From assembly GCA_023819145.1 (NCBI GenBank), contig JAMWCW010000002.1, forward strand, positions 11,231 through 75,230: a DNA stretch of 64,000 nt, written 5' to 3'. Shown here piece after piece: positions 19,709 to 29,286 of the stretch (the stretch's first letter is position 1; every line of letters begins with the position of its first letter). This DNA comes from Candidatus Omnitrophota bacterium. Lineage in GTDB: Bacteria > Omnitrophota > Gorgyraeia > DTHP01. The notes beneath the pieces were generated by a model. It saw only the letters and a list, made by a program, of their open reading frames with translations. It searched no databases and was not told the origin of the DNA. The translations under genes were made by a program, and so were the position numbers.

Positions 19709-22416
19709 TTTTGCTTTTCTTTTATCAATTCTTCCCTCTTTGAAATTTCCTTTTCTATTACTTCCTTAGGAGCTTGGGAAAGGAAATTTTTATCATTTAG
19801 TTTTATTCTAATTCCTTCCAAAATAGTATTGATATTTTTCAGTTTTTCTTTAATCCTTTGCTTTTCCTTCTCAAAATCAATAATGCCTTCAAGAGGAATA
19901 TATACTTCAATATTTCCTACAACTAAAGATGAAGAAAAGGGAGGTTTTTCTATTTCTGTTCCAAAGTCCAATGATTCTATTCTTAAGATATTTTCAAAAC
20001 AATTACTATTTTCTTTGAGAAAACTTATATTCTTTTCGTTAGATTTGAAAATCAAACTCATCTTTTTATCTAAAGGAACTCCCATTTCCGTGAAAATATT
20101 GCGTACTCCTTTTATTATCTCCTGAATTATCTCCATCTCTTTCTCTGCTTGCTTATTTATCAATTCTTTCTCACAGAGAGGCCAAGAAGTCATCGTTATA
20201 CTTTCTTCTTTGAAATTGCTATATTTTTCTTTTACCTTCTGCCACAATTCCTCAGTAATAAAAGGCACGAGGGGATGCAGTAACCGTAATGAAGTCTCCA
20301 AAACTTTAATTAAAATAAACTGGGTTGTCTCTTTTTGTCTGTCAATGGTAGCTGGTTGCTGGTAACCAGTAACTATAATTGGCTTTACTATCTCAATATA
20401 CCAATCACAGAACTCATGCCAGAAGAATTGATAGATAAGGCTTGCGGCTTCATTAAAATTGTATTTCTCTAAGGCAGAGGTTACTTCTTGTATAGTTTTT
20501 TGTAATCTACTTAGAATCCAGCGGTCAACAAAAGAAAGATTGTTTTCTGTAAGCTGTACATTGCAAGATGTAAGCTCTGAAACATTTGCGAAGATAAATC
20601 TTGTTGCATTCCAAATCTTATTACAGAAATTTCTCCCCAATTTGAATTTCTCACCCGATAAAAAGACATCTTGTCCTACAGCAGTAATGGAGATAATACT
20701 GAAACGCAAAGCATCTGCTCCGAAATCTTTAATTATCTCTAAAGGGTCAATAATATTGCCAAGTGATTTGGACATTTTTTTCCCTGTCAAATCTCTCACC
20801 GTTCCATGAATATATACATGCCTAAAAGGAATATCTTTCATAAACTCGAGACCTGCCATAATCATCCGCGCTACCCAAAAGAATATTATTTCCTGTGCAG
20901 TAACCAAAACCGAAGTAGGATAAAAATAATCTAAGTCGGTTATTTCGGATTTCGGACTTCGGATTTCGGATTTCAATTTGGGCCATCCAAGCGTAACAAA
21001 TGGCCACAGCCATGAAGAAAACCAAGTATCTAAAACATCTTCATCTTGATAAATATCTTTCCCTCCACATTTAGGACACTTATCCGGTTTTACTTTCGAG
21101 ACAATTATACCCTTTTCGAATTTAGGATTTCGAATTTGGGATTCGTTTACCTGGCATTCTCTGCAGTAATAAACCGGTAAGCGGTGTCCCCACCAAATCT
21201 GTCTCGATATGCACCAATCCTGAATATTCTCCATCCAACTGAGATATATCTTTGTCCAGCGTGGAGGAAAGAATTTTATTTTTCCTTTTTTCACTACCTG
21301 GATTGCGGGTTTAGCCAGTGGTTTCATTTTAACAAACCATTGCAATGATAAATATGGCTCTATTATTGTATTGCAACGGTAACAATGACCTACAGCATGG
21401 GTATAAGATTCTATTTTTTCCAGAAACCCCAATTCTCTAAGTTCATCCACTACTTTATGCCGACAATCAAATCTATCTAAATTTCTAAACTTCCCCGCAT
21501 TTTCATTCATCGTCCCATCAGGATTCATAATATTGATAAACTCTAATTTGTGTCTTTTGCCTAAAGAGTAATCATTGGGATCGTGAGCAGGGGTAACTTT
21601 TACCGCCCCTGTTCCAAAATCCATATCTACCATATTATCTGCAATTATGCTCATCTCCCTTTCCATTAAAGGAAGAATTACTTTCTTTCCAATAAGTTTT
21701 TTGTATCTTTTATCCTTGGGGTTAACTGCTACTGCTGTATCTCCAAGCATTGTCTCCGGTCTTGTCGTCGCTACTGTAACATAATTTCGATTTTTTTCTT
21801 TTAAAGGATATTTTATATAATAAAGTTTCCCTTCAATCTCTTTGTAAGGAGCTTCTTCATCGGAAAGTGCAGTTTGACATCTGGGACACCAATTAATAAT
21901 GTAGTTACTACGATAAATTAGCCCTTTTTCATATAAGCTCACAAATACTTTTAAGACAGCCTCTGAATACTCGTCATCCATCGTAAAACATGTCCTTTGC
22001 CAATCACAAGAAGCGCCTAATTTTTTCAATTGTTGAATAATTGTAGAACCATAATTTTCTCTCCATTGCCAGACTTTCTCCAAAAATTTTTCTCTTCCCA
22101 AATCTTGACGACTTACACCTTCCTTAGCAAGATTTTTTTCCACAACATTTTGGGTAGCAATTCCCGCGTGGTCTGTCCCAGGAATCCATAAAGCGTTAAA
22201 ACCCTGCATCTTCTTAAAGCGAATAAGAATATCTTGAATGGTATTATTTAAGGCATGCCCCATATGTAAAATACCTGTAACATTGGGAGGAGGGATAACG
22301 ATACAAAAAGGATTTTTCTCTTGATTTGGTTCAGCATGAAAGAAACCTTTTTCTTCCCAGAATTTATACCACTTATCCTCTACTTCCTTAGGATTATATC
22401 TTGGGGATATGTCCAT
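19675..22416 (-). CDS. valS: valyl-tRNA synthetase
   Basis: HMGHALN (HIGH), KMSKSLGN (KMSKS), editing domain, C-terminal coiled coil. 913 aa. Confidence 0.97.
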   Translation of the reverse strand: MDISPRYNPKEVEDKWYKFWEEKGFFHAEPNQEKNPFCIVIPPPNVTGILHMGHALNNTIQDILIRFKKMQGFNALWIPGTDHAGIATQNVVEKNLAKEGVSRQDLGREKFLEKVWQWRENYGSTIIQQLKKLGASCDWQRTCFTMDDEYSEAVLKVFVSLYEKGLIYRSNYIINWCPRCQTALSDEEAPYKEIEGKLYYIKYPLKEKNRNYVTVATTRPETMLGDTAVAVNPKDKRYKKLIGKKVILPLMEREMSIIADNMVDMDFGTGAVKVTPAHDPNDYSLGKRHKLEFINIMNPDGTMNENAGKFRNLDRFDCRHKVVDELRELGFLEKIESYTHAVGHCYRCNTIIEPYLSLQWFVKMKPLAKPAIQVVKKGKIKFFPPRWTKIYLSWMENIQDWCISRQIWWGHRLPVYYCRECQVNESQIRNPKFEKGIIVSKVKPDKCPKCGGKDIYQDEDVLDTWFSSWLWPFVTLGWPKLKSEIRSPKSEITDLDYFYPTSVLVTAQEIIFFWVARMIMAGLEFMKDIPFRHVYIHGTVRDLTGKKMSKSLGNIIDPLEIIKDFGADALRFSIISITAVGQDVFLSGEKFKLGRNFCNKIWNATRFIFANVSELTSCNVQLTENNLSFVDRWILSRLQKTIQEVTSALEKYNFNEAASLIYQFFWHEFCDWYIEIVKPIIVTGYQQPATIDRQKETTQFILIKVLETSLRLLHPLVPFITEELWQKVKEKYSNFKEESITMTSWPLCEKELINKQAEKEMEIIQEIIKGVRNIFTEMGVPLDKKMSLIFKSNEKNISFLKENSNCFENILRIESLDFGTEIEKPPFSSSLVVGNIEVYIPLEGIIDFEKEKQRIKEKLKNINTILEGIRIKLNDKNFLSQAPKEVIEKEISKREELIKEKQKWEKYLVELQE
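20942..20979. repeat. tandem heptanucleotide repeat (ATTTCGG x4, one ACTTCGG variant) in-frame within valS
   Basis: Plus strand atttcgg atttcgg acttcgg atttcgg atttcaattt. Encodes KSEIRSPKSEIT just before the conserved YPTSVLVTAQEIIFFWVARM block. Confidence 0.8.
21113..21145. repeat. related TTCGAAT-type short repeat in-frame within valS
   Basis: ttttcgaatttaggatttcgaatttgggattcg encodes ESQIRNPKFEKG, same peptide motif (IRNPK) as the other copies. Confidence 0.7.
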
Positions 22417-22606
22417 ATTATTTTGTTTTCTTATGTAGAAACTATTTAAATAATTTTACTTATAAAGAGAGAATAATTCAAGAAAAATCACCCCAACTAT
22501 ATTTGTAAATTAAGGAGAGTATTATAAACCTTAGCTAAAAAGTGGCTCTTAAAGGAATGAATTTTATTCAAGATGCAAGAATACTAATATCTTATAAAGT
22601 AAAAAC

Positions 22607-24199
22607 CTATTTATTGCTTTTTGCCTTTTCTTTAAGCAACTTATACTCGATTGAATCCACAAGGGCTTGCCAGCTTGCTTCAATAACATTTTCCGAAACC
22701 CCAATCGTACTCCATTCATCTTTTTCATCTCGAGATTCAATTAAAACGCGTACTTTAGCAGCAGTGCCCGCTTCGGCATTAATCACCCTGACTTTAAAAT
22801 CAGAGAGTTTCATTTCTTTTAAGTCGGGATAAAACCTCTCCAGTGCTTTGCGTAACGCATTATCCAAAGCATTGACGGGGCCATCACCTTCTGCTGCGGT
22901 ATGTTCTACGAGATTGCCCACTTTTACTTTAATCGTTGCTTCCGAGTGCATTGTACCTCTTTTATCCTTTTCTACAATCACCCTAAATCCCTCCAAGTCA
23001 AAGAATTTGCGATACTCACCTTTTGTCTTACGTAAAAGAACCTCAAAAGACCCCTCTGCACCTTCAAATTGATAACCTCTATACTCCAAATCTTTTATGA
23101 GATTAAGAACTTTCTTAACTGCCCGAGGGTCATTTGTTATATCTAATTTAAACTCCTTAGCCTTAGAAAGAAGTGCACTCTTGCCGGAAAGTTCAGAAAT
23201 TAAAATTCTACGTTTGTTACCTACTTTCTCAGGTGGAATATGCTCATAGGTATGTGGATGTTTTTGTACTGCACTTACATGCACTCCTCCTTTATGGGTA
23301 AACGCTGATAACCCTACAAACGGTGCTTCGTCACGCGGAACAATATTTACCACTTCGCTTACAAAACGAGAAACTTCTGTAAGACGCGAAAGCTGCTTGT
23401 CTGAAATACAGTCAATTCCCATCTTCAACTTAAGATTGGCAATAATAGAACAAAGGTTGGCATTGCCACAACGTTCTCCATATCCATTAATTGTTCCTTG
23501 AACAAGAACAATGCCCAATTTAACTGCTGATAAAGAATTTGCTACTGCTAAATCAGAGTCATTATGGCAATGAATCCCTAAAGGTTTTTTTATTTTTTTC
23601 TTCACCTCACGGATAATTTCCTGAACTTCTTCGACCAGAGTTCCGCCATTGGTATCACAAAGGCTGATATTATCAGTTCCGGCTAAAGCAGCTTTTTCTA
23701 TAGTTGCTAAAGCATAATCGGAATTTGCCTTAAATCCATCAAAAAAATGCTCCGCATCATAAATAACTTCTAATCCCTTGGATTTAAGAAATTTTACGGA
23801 CTCAAAAATCATCTTAAGATTCTCCTCCAAAGTAGTTTGTAAAGCATATTTCACCTGAAGATCCCACGATTTTCCAAAAATAGTAACTACAGAAACCCCT
23901 GCTCTGATCAGTTCTGTTAGATTAGCATCATTTTCAACGTTGATGTTCTTCTTTCGCGTACTGCCAAAAGCAACCAACTTTGCTTTTTTAAGCGGATGTT
24001 CCTTAATTCTTTGAAAGAAATTAATATCTTTAGGGTTTGAACCTGGCCAACCACCTTCAATATAATGAATCCCTAAGTCATCTAACTTTCTGGCAATCTT
24101 AATCTTATCCTCTACCGATAAAGAGACCCCTTCTTTTTGTGTCCCATCTCTTAAAGTCGTATCGTATAATAAAACTTTATTCTCCATAAATTTATTCAC
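22607..24199 (-). CDS. citramalate synthase / 2-isopropylmalate synthase family (CimA-type, ~530 aa with C-terminal LeuA-dimer regulatory domain)
   Basis: [12 protein letters not shown]...HCHND...GERCGNANL motifs of the LeuA/CimA/NifV family. The length and C-terminal domain fit CimA-like enzymes. Confidence 0.85.
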   Translation of the reverse strand: MNKFMENKVLLYDTTLRDGTQKEGVSLSVEDKIKIARKLDDLGIHYIEGGWPGSNPKDINFFQRIKEHPLKKAKLVAFGSTRKKNINVENDANLTELIRAGVSVVTIFGKSWDLQVKYALQTTLEENLKMIFESVKFLKSKGLEVIYDAEHFFDGFKANSDYALATIEKAALAGTDNISLCDTNGGTLVEEVQEIIREVKKKIKKPLGIHCHNDSDLAVANSLSAVKLGIVLVQGTINGYGERCGNANLCSIIANLKLKMGIDCISDKQLSRLTEVSRFVSEVVNIVPRDEAPFVGLSAFTHKGGVHVSAVQKHPHTYEHIPPEKVGNKRRILISELSGKSALLSKAKEFKLDITNDPRAVKKVLNLIKDLEYRGYQFEGAEGSFEVLLRKTKGEYRKFFDLEGFRVIVEKDKRGTMHSEATIKVKVGNLVEHTAAEGDGPVNALDNALRKALERFYPDLKEMKLSDFKVRVINAEAGTAAKVRVLIESRDEKDEWSTIGVSENVIEASWQALVDSIEYKLLKEKAKSNK

Positions 24200-24210
24200 C
24201 TCTTTTTCAT

Positions 24211-25437
24211 TTATTGTTTTTTCCCTAATTTGAATGCCTCATGCAACGCACGAACCGCTTCCTCAATAAATTTCTTTCTAATAACACAAGAAATACTTAT
24301 TTCAGAGGTAGAAATCATTTCAATATTAATCTTATGTTTTGCTAAAGTAGCAAACATCAAAGAAGCAACCCCCGGATGGCTTTTCATTCCTACTCCCACT
24401 ATCGAAACTTTAGCAATATCTGCATCATAAATAACTTTACCAGCATCAATTTTATCTGCAACCTTGCGTGTAATTCTGAGGGCTTTCTTCAATTCAGGTT
24501 TAAGAACGGTAAAAGAAATGTCCGTGCGTCCGGTATGGCTTACATTTTGAACAATCATATCTACATTTATTCCTTCCGAACCAATATCTGTAAAAATGGT
24601 AGCAGCAATTCCGGGTTTATCAGGAACATCGCATACTGTAATTTTTGCCTCGTTCTTACTAAGTGTAACTGCACTGATTACCGGACCTTCCAACATCTTT
24701 TTCCCCTCCTTTACAATATATGTACCACGTTTGTTGTTAAATGAAGAACGGACATATATGGGAATGCCGAATTTCTTAGCCAATTCGATAGAACGTGCCT
24801 GCATAACCTGAGCCCCCAAAGAAGCCATTTCTAGCATTTCATCATAGCTTAATCTTTCGAGTTTTCTGGCATCGGAAACAATGCGAGGATCGGCAGTATA
24901 AATTCCTTCTACGTCGGTATATATTTCACAAAGTTTTGCCCCCAGAACTTTTGCCAGAGCAACGGCGGAAAGGTCTGAACCTCCCCTTCCCAAAGTTGTA
25001 ATATCTTGGTTCTGCGAAACACCTTGAAAACCTGCAACAATTACGATGTTACCTTTGTTTAACTCTTCTGCTATCCTCCGGGTATCAATATTTATAATCC
25101 GTGCTTTAGTATGACTACTGTCAGTAAGTATTCCTATCTGTATCCCTGTAAAAGAAATAGCCTTAAAACCCAATTTCTGAATCGCCATAGCAAGGAGGGC
25201 ACTGGACATTTGTTCTCCGGTAGAAAGCAACATATCCAATTCCCGTTCGGGAGGATTACGTGTAATCTGATAAGCCAAATCAATCAGTTCATCGGTGGTA
25301 TCTCCCGGGGCAGAAACTACAACTACTACATCAAATTTCTTTTCTTTGTAAGTAACTATTCTTCGTGCAACATTTTTAATCCTTTCTGGATTAGCGACAG
25401 AAGTTCCTCCATATTTTTGCACAATCAATTTTCTCAT
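24211..25437 (-). CDS. lysC: aspartate kinase
   Basis: [16 protein letters not shown]-terminus, kinase core and two C-terminal ACT domains. 408 aa. Confidence 0.9.
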   Translation of the reverse strand: MRKLIVQKYGGTSVANPERIKNVARRIVTYKEKKFDVVVVVSAPGDTTDELIDLAYQITRNPPERELDMLLSTGEQMSSALLAMAIQKLGFKAISFTGIQIGILTDSSHTKARIINIDTRRIAEELNKGNIVIVAGFQGVSQNQDITTLGRGGSDLSAVALAKVLGAKLCEIYTDVEGIYTADPRIVSDARKLERLSYDEMLEMASLGAQVMQARSIELAKKFGIPIYVRSSFNNKRGTYIVKEGKKMLEGPVISAVTLSKNEAKITVCDVPDKPGIAATIFTDIGSEGINVDMIVQNVSHTGRTDISFTVLKPELKKALRITRKVADKIDAGKVIYDADIAKVSIVGVGMKSHPGVASLMFATLAKHKINIEMISTSEISISCVIRKKFIEEAVRALHEAFKLGKKQ

Positions 25438-25458
25438 ATCTAAAAACCTCTCTTATCT

Positions 25459-27048
25459 CTATCTTTTTAACAATACTTTTTTTGCCTCCCAGCATATAAA
25501 AAGTACTGATAAAATTAAAACTATGGATATACCGCTTAATAAAAAATTTCCTTCTTTCAGAAAATGTCTAAATTGTAAAGCCAACGCTCCCACCGTTGTA
25601 AAAAGCATAAAAACGGCGGGAATAGCAACAAAATAAAACTTTCTTTTCTGAGAAAGTAACCAAGTGGCAATTACTATTAACGCTAAAGCCGCTACCAACT
25701 GATTAGAAGCTCCAAAAATAGGCCAAAGTTTCTCCCATTTTCCTGTAAGGGCAAGAAATGCGCTCAAAATAACCACAATAAAGGTAGATAAATATCTATT
25801 TCTAATTCTGAAAAGTTCGGTGGTAAGATATCTGCCAATTCTTGTAGCGGTATCTAAGGTGGTTAAGATAAAGGCATTAAGAATAAGTACGGCAAAACTA
25901 CTACCGTACATCCCTAAAAAAGAATTTGTTAATCTCCCAAAACCTTCACCAAAAGCCCCAATCGGTCCTCCTCTATTCTCTAAAACTTTATTCAAAATAT
26001 TTTGTGAGGGAAATCCTGCTATAATTACTAAAACTGCCATAACCGCTACCAAACCCTCCATGACCATTGCTCCATAGCCAATTTTTCTCGCATCCCGTTC
26101 AGTAGCAATTTGTTTAGAGGTGGTTCCCGAAGCAATTAATGAATGGAATCCTGATATTGCTCCACAAGCTATAGTAACAAAGAGCATCGGCCAAAGCTCG
26201 CCACTTTTTGTACGCCATGAAATAAAAACTGGCAAATTTATATGTGGAGGAGATAAGAATATCCCCATATATCCAGAAATTAACCCGAAGATTAATAAGA
26301 AACTAGAAAGATAGTCGCGGGGTTGTAAAAGTATATTTACTGGTACCACAGATGCAAAATAACTGTATAAAAACAACACCGCTATCCAAAAATAAAGACT
26401 TTGTGCTAAAGGAATCTTTACCGGAAATAAACTTCCTAAAAATAAAAAAACGACTAATAATCCCAAGCCTATAAAAGTAATCAGAATTTGATTTACTCTA
26501 AATCTATATAAACTCATCCCCACTAAAATAGCCAGTGGAATCAAACCTAAAGAAGGAATTACAATTTCGGGTTGAATCACAAATGTTTTAGCAGAAAGCA
26601 CCGCAAATACTGCAATAACCAAGATAAGGGCAAGTAAAACAAAAACTGAAAATATAATCTTTGCTCGTCTACCGATAAGGTCTTCCGCTACATCTGCTAC
26701 TGAACGAGCATCGTGACGCACGGAAACCATAAGTGAACCGAAATCGTGTACTCCTCCTAAGAAAATTGTACCTAAAACAATCCAGAGTAAACCTGGACCC
26801 CATCCCCATAAAGCAACTGCTATCACTGGTCCAACAATTGGACCCGCTCCAGCAATTGAGGAAAAGTGATGCCCAAAAAGAATTGTCCAGTGACAAGAAG
26901 CAATACAATCAATTCCGTCTTTTTTTACCTGTGCAGGTGTAGGCCGTCGGGAATCTACGTTAAATGTTTTACTTAAATATCTACCATATAAAATGTATCC
27001 TCCTAAAAACAAAAGAAAAGTAATTAAGACGATATTTAAGGTATTCAT
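25459..27048 (-). CDS. cstA: carbon starvation protein A family transporter
   Basis: Polytopic membrane protein with conserved CstA N-terminal motifs (GYILYGRYL...HFSSIAGAGPIVGP...GGVHDF). Confidence 0.8.
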   Translation of the reverse strand: MNTLNIVLITFLLFLGGYILYGRYLSKTFNVDSRRPTPAQVKKDGIDCIASCHWTILFGHHFSSIAGAGPIVGPVIAVALWGWGPGLLWIVLGTIFLGGVHDFGSLMVSVRHDARSVADVAEDLIGRRAKIIFSVFVLLALILVIAVFAVLSAKTFVIQPEIVIPSLGLIPLAILVGMSLYRFRVNQILITFIGLGLLVVFLFLGSLFPVKIPLAQSLYFWIAVLFLYSYFASVVPVNILLQPRDYLSSFLLIFGLISGYMGIFLSPPHINLPVFISWRTKSGELWPMLFVTIACGAISGFHSLIASGTTSKQIATERDARKIGYGAMVMEGLVAVMAVLVIIAGFPSQNILNKVLENRGGPIGAFGEGFGRLTNSFLGMYGSSFAVLILNAFILTTLDTATRIGRYLTTELFRIRNRYLSTFIVVILSAFLALTGKWEKLWPIFGASNQLVAALALIVIATWLLSQKRKFYFVAIPAVFMLFTTVGALALQFRHFLKEGNFLLSGISIVLILSVLFICWEAKKVLLKR

Positions 27049-28229
27049 CTCGCTATAAAACTCTCTAGCAACTTATAACCATCTTCTATCTTCCAACTGG
27101 TTGCCTGTGCACTTTTTTCATTAAACTCTTCCACATCATCTTTACCTATGCCTTCACCGAACATAGCAAAAAAAACTGGTTCGGAAGAATGAGTACGGAT
27201 AGCCAAAGGAGTAGGGTGATCCGAACTTACTAAAATACGAAAATCTTCCTTCCCTTCCAGTTTTTTTAACACTGTACCCACTACCAGAGAATCAAATCTC
27301 TCTATCACAGAAATCTTTGCCCTTAAATCCCCATTGTGTCCTGCTTCATCGGGAGCTTCCACATGGACAAAAACAAAATCCTTATCCTGTAGAACTTCTA
27401 AAGCAGCTTCTGCTTTTCCTATATAATTGGTATCATAATATCCTGTAGCTCCATCAACATTAATCGGATCAAGCCCGATTATCCTACCTAATCCTTTAAT
27501 TAAGTCGACTGCAGAAATTACATTCCCTTCCACGCTGTATTTCTCTGAAAATTTAGGCAATCGTGGTTTCTTACCCTGTCCCCAAAGCCAAATCATATTA
27601 GCAGGGTTCTCTTTAAGGTCAATCCTTACTCGGTTTATTTCATGACTTATTAAAACCCTTCGCGAACTTTGCATCAATTCAATAATTATTTCTGCATCCT
27701 TTCCTTGGGGTAAGAATTTGTCAATTTTTTTACCCGTAATATCGTGGGGGGGAGTGCATCTTAGTTCCTCGCCTATCTCTTTGGAAATCATTATATGTCT
27801 GTAACTTACTCCCGGATAAAAATGAAAATACTCAGTAGAGAGTTTTTGATTGAGAATTTCTATCAAGACTTTTGCCTCGTGAGTGCTAATATGTCCTGCG
27901 CTATAATCCATCATTACTCCATTCTCCACGGTAACTAAATTACACCTGAAGGCAATTTCCTCTTCTTTTAAATCTACACCTAAATTAGCTGCTTCCAGAG
28001 GACCACGTCCTTTGTAATACTCCTTGGGATTATATCCCAATAGCGACATAATTGCTACATCAGAACCAGCCTGCATCTGGTGAGGAATAGTTCTTACCCA
28101 ACCTACTCTACCATTCCGCGCAATGTAATCCATATTTGGCGTCTTAGCTACCTCCAAAGGTGTTTTTCCTTCTAACTCCTGAAGAGGAAAATCTTGCATT
28201 CCATCACCAACTAAAAATACATATTTCAT
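27045..28229 (-). CDS. apgM: cofactor-independent phosphoglycerate mutase, archaeal type
   Basis: MKYVFLVGDGMQD N-terminus and metalloenzyme (alkaline-phosphatase superfamily) motifs ...SSDHPTP... ~394 aa. Confidence 0.85.
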   Translation of the reverse strand: MKYVFLVGDGMQDFPLQELEGKTPLEVAKTPNMDYIARNGRVGWVRTIPHQMQAGSDVAIMSLLGYNPKEYYKGRGPLEAANLGVDLKEEEIAFRCNLVTVENGVMMDYSAGHISTHEAKVLIEILNQKLSTEYFHFYPGVSYRHIMISKEIGEELRCTPPHDITGKKIDKFLPQGKDAEIIIELMQSSRRVLISHEINRVRIDLKENPANMIWLWGQGKKPRLPKFSEKYSVEGNVISAVDLIKGLGRIIGLDPINVDGATGYYDTNYIGKAEAALEVLQDKDFVFVHVEAPDEAGHNGDLRAKISVIERFDSLVVGTVLKKLEGKEDFRILVSSDHPTPLAIRTHSSEPVFFAMFGEGIGKDDVEEFNEKSAQATSWKIEDGYKLLESFIAR

Positions 28230-28293
28230 TTTCTTTCTTTGTTAGTCAGTTAAATATATTATATCAACATTATAATAAATTCAATTTAAAAAT

Positions 28294-29286
28294 TCAGCGT
28301 GGACTCTCTTCAATTTCGCCTACAATCTCTTCAAGAATATCCTCTAAAGTCACCAGCCCCATAACTTTATTAACATCATTACGTACAATGGCAATTTGAA
28401 TCTTCATTTTCTGAAAATCTTGTAGTAATTCCGAAACTTTTTTATTTAGAGAAACAAAATAAGCAGGGTGCATGATGTCCGCAATAATAATCAAAGAACC
28501 ATTTTTCCACATAAAAGGCAGGTCTTTGGCATAAATAATTCCTACTATATTATCGAGAGTTTCTTTATATACAGGAATGCGTGTATGGCCTTTTTCTATC
28601 AATAGATCTAAAAGGGTCTCTTCACTTGCATTTAATTCCACACAAACCATTTTTTCACGCGGAATCATCACATCCTTAACTAGGGTATCACCAAATTCAA
28701 ATATGTGATGTATAAGCTTTCTTTCCTCTTCTAAAAGAATTCCCTCCTCTCTCCCTAACTCAATCATTAAACGAATCTCCTCTTCAGTAACTAATGGAGA
28801 ACGTTTCTTAGTCTCCACTCCTAATAGTTTTATAATCCCGTTACTTAGGTAAGTAAAAAAATGCGCTAATGGCTGAACTAATTTAATCAAAAATTTTATA
28901 AAGTAGGCGAATTTTAAAGCAATTGCCTCCGGATATTTAGTAGCAATGATTTTAGGAGTAATTTCACAAAAAATTAGGATAAAGAAAGAAATGGCTATAG
29001 TTGAGATTAATATCCCAAATTTCTGTCCGAATAGATATATAAATAATGCTGCTCCTAAAGCAGAGAGAGCGATATTTACAAAATTGTTACTCACTAAAAT
29101 AGTGACGATAAATCTATCTAAATGAGTAAGTATATTGTATACAATTTCTGCCCGGCGTTTCCCCTGATTTACATAAGAACGAATTCTTAATTTATTTAAT
29201 GAAAGAATGGCTGTTTCCCAAGCAGAGAAAAAGAAGGAAAAAATTCCTAGAAAAAAAATAAAAAAGATGATAAATAAAATATCCAT
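28294..29286 (-). CDS. DUF21 + CBS-pair membrane protein (CNNM/CorC-type Mg2+/Co2+ transporter family)
   Basis: N-terminal 4-TM DUF21, then tandem CBS domains. Ends ...EEIVGEIEESPR. Confidence 0.75.
   Translation of the reverse strand: MDILFIIFFIFFLGIFSFFFSAWETAILSLNKLRIRSYVNQGKRRAEIVYNILTHLDRFIVTILVSNNFVNIALSALGAALFIYLFGQKFGILISTIAISFFILIFCEITPKIIATKYPEAIALKFAYFIKFLIKLVQPLAHFFTYLSNGIIKLLGVETKKRSPLVTEEEIRLMIELGREEGILLEEERKLIHHIFEFGDTLVKDVMIPREKMVCVELNASEETLLDLLIEKGHTRIPVYKETLDNIVGIIYAKDLPFMWKNGSLIIIADIMHPAYFVSLNKKVSELLQDFQKMKIQIAIVRNDVNKVMGLVTLEDILEEIVGEIEESPR

Noticed and set aside
20822-21025. Minus-strand 67-aa ORF overlapping valS in another frame (contains IRNPKSEIRNN)
   Set aside because: It is just the heptanucleotide repeat read in a second frame inside valS. 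valS conservation fixes the real frame.
22417-22606. Possible T-box leader upstream of valS
   Set aside because: The gap is only ~190 nt, and I could not find the conserved T-box sequence (AATTAGGGTGGTACCGCG) or a specifier-loop-like structure on the minus strand.
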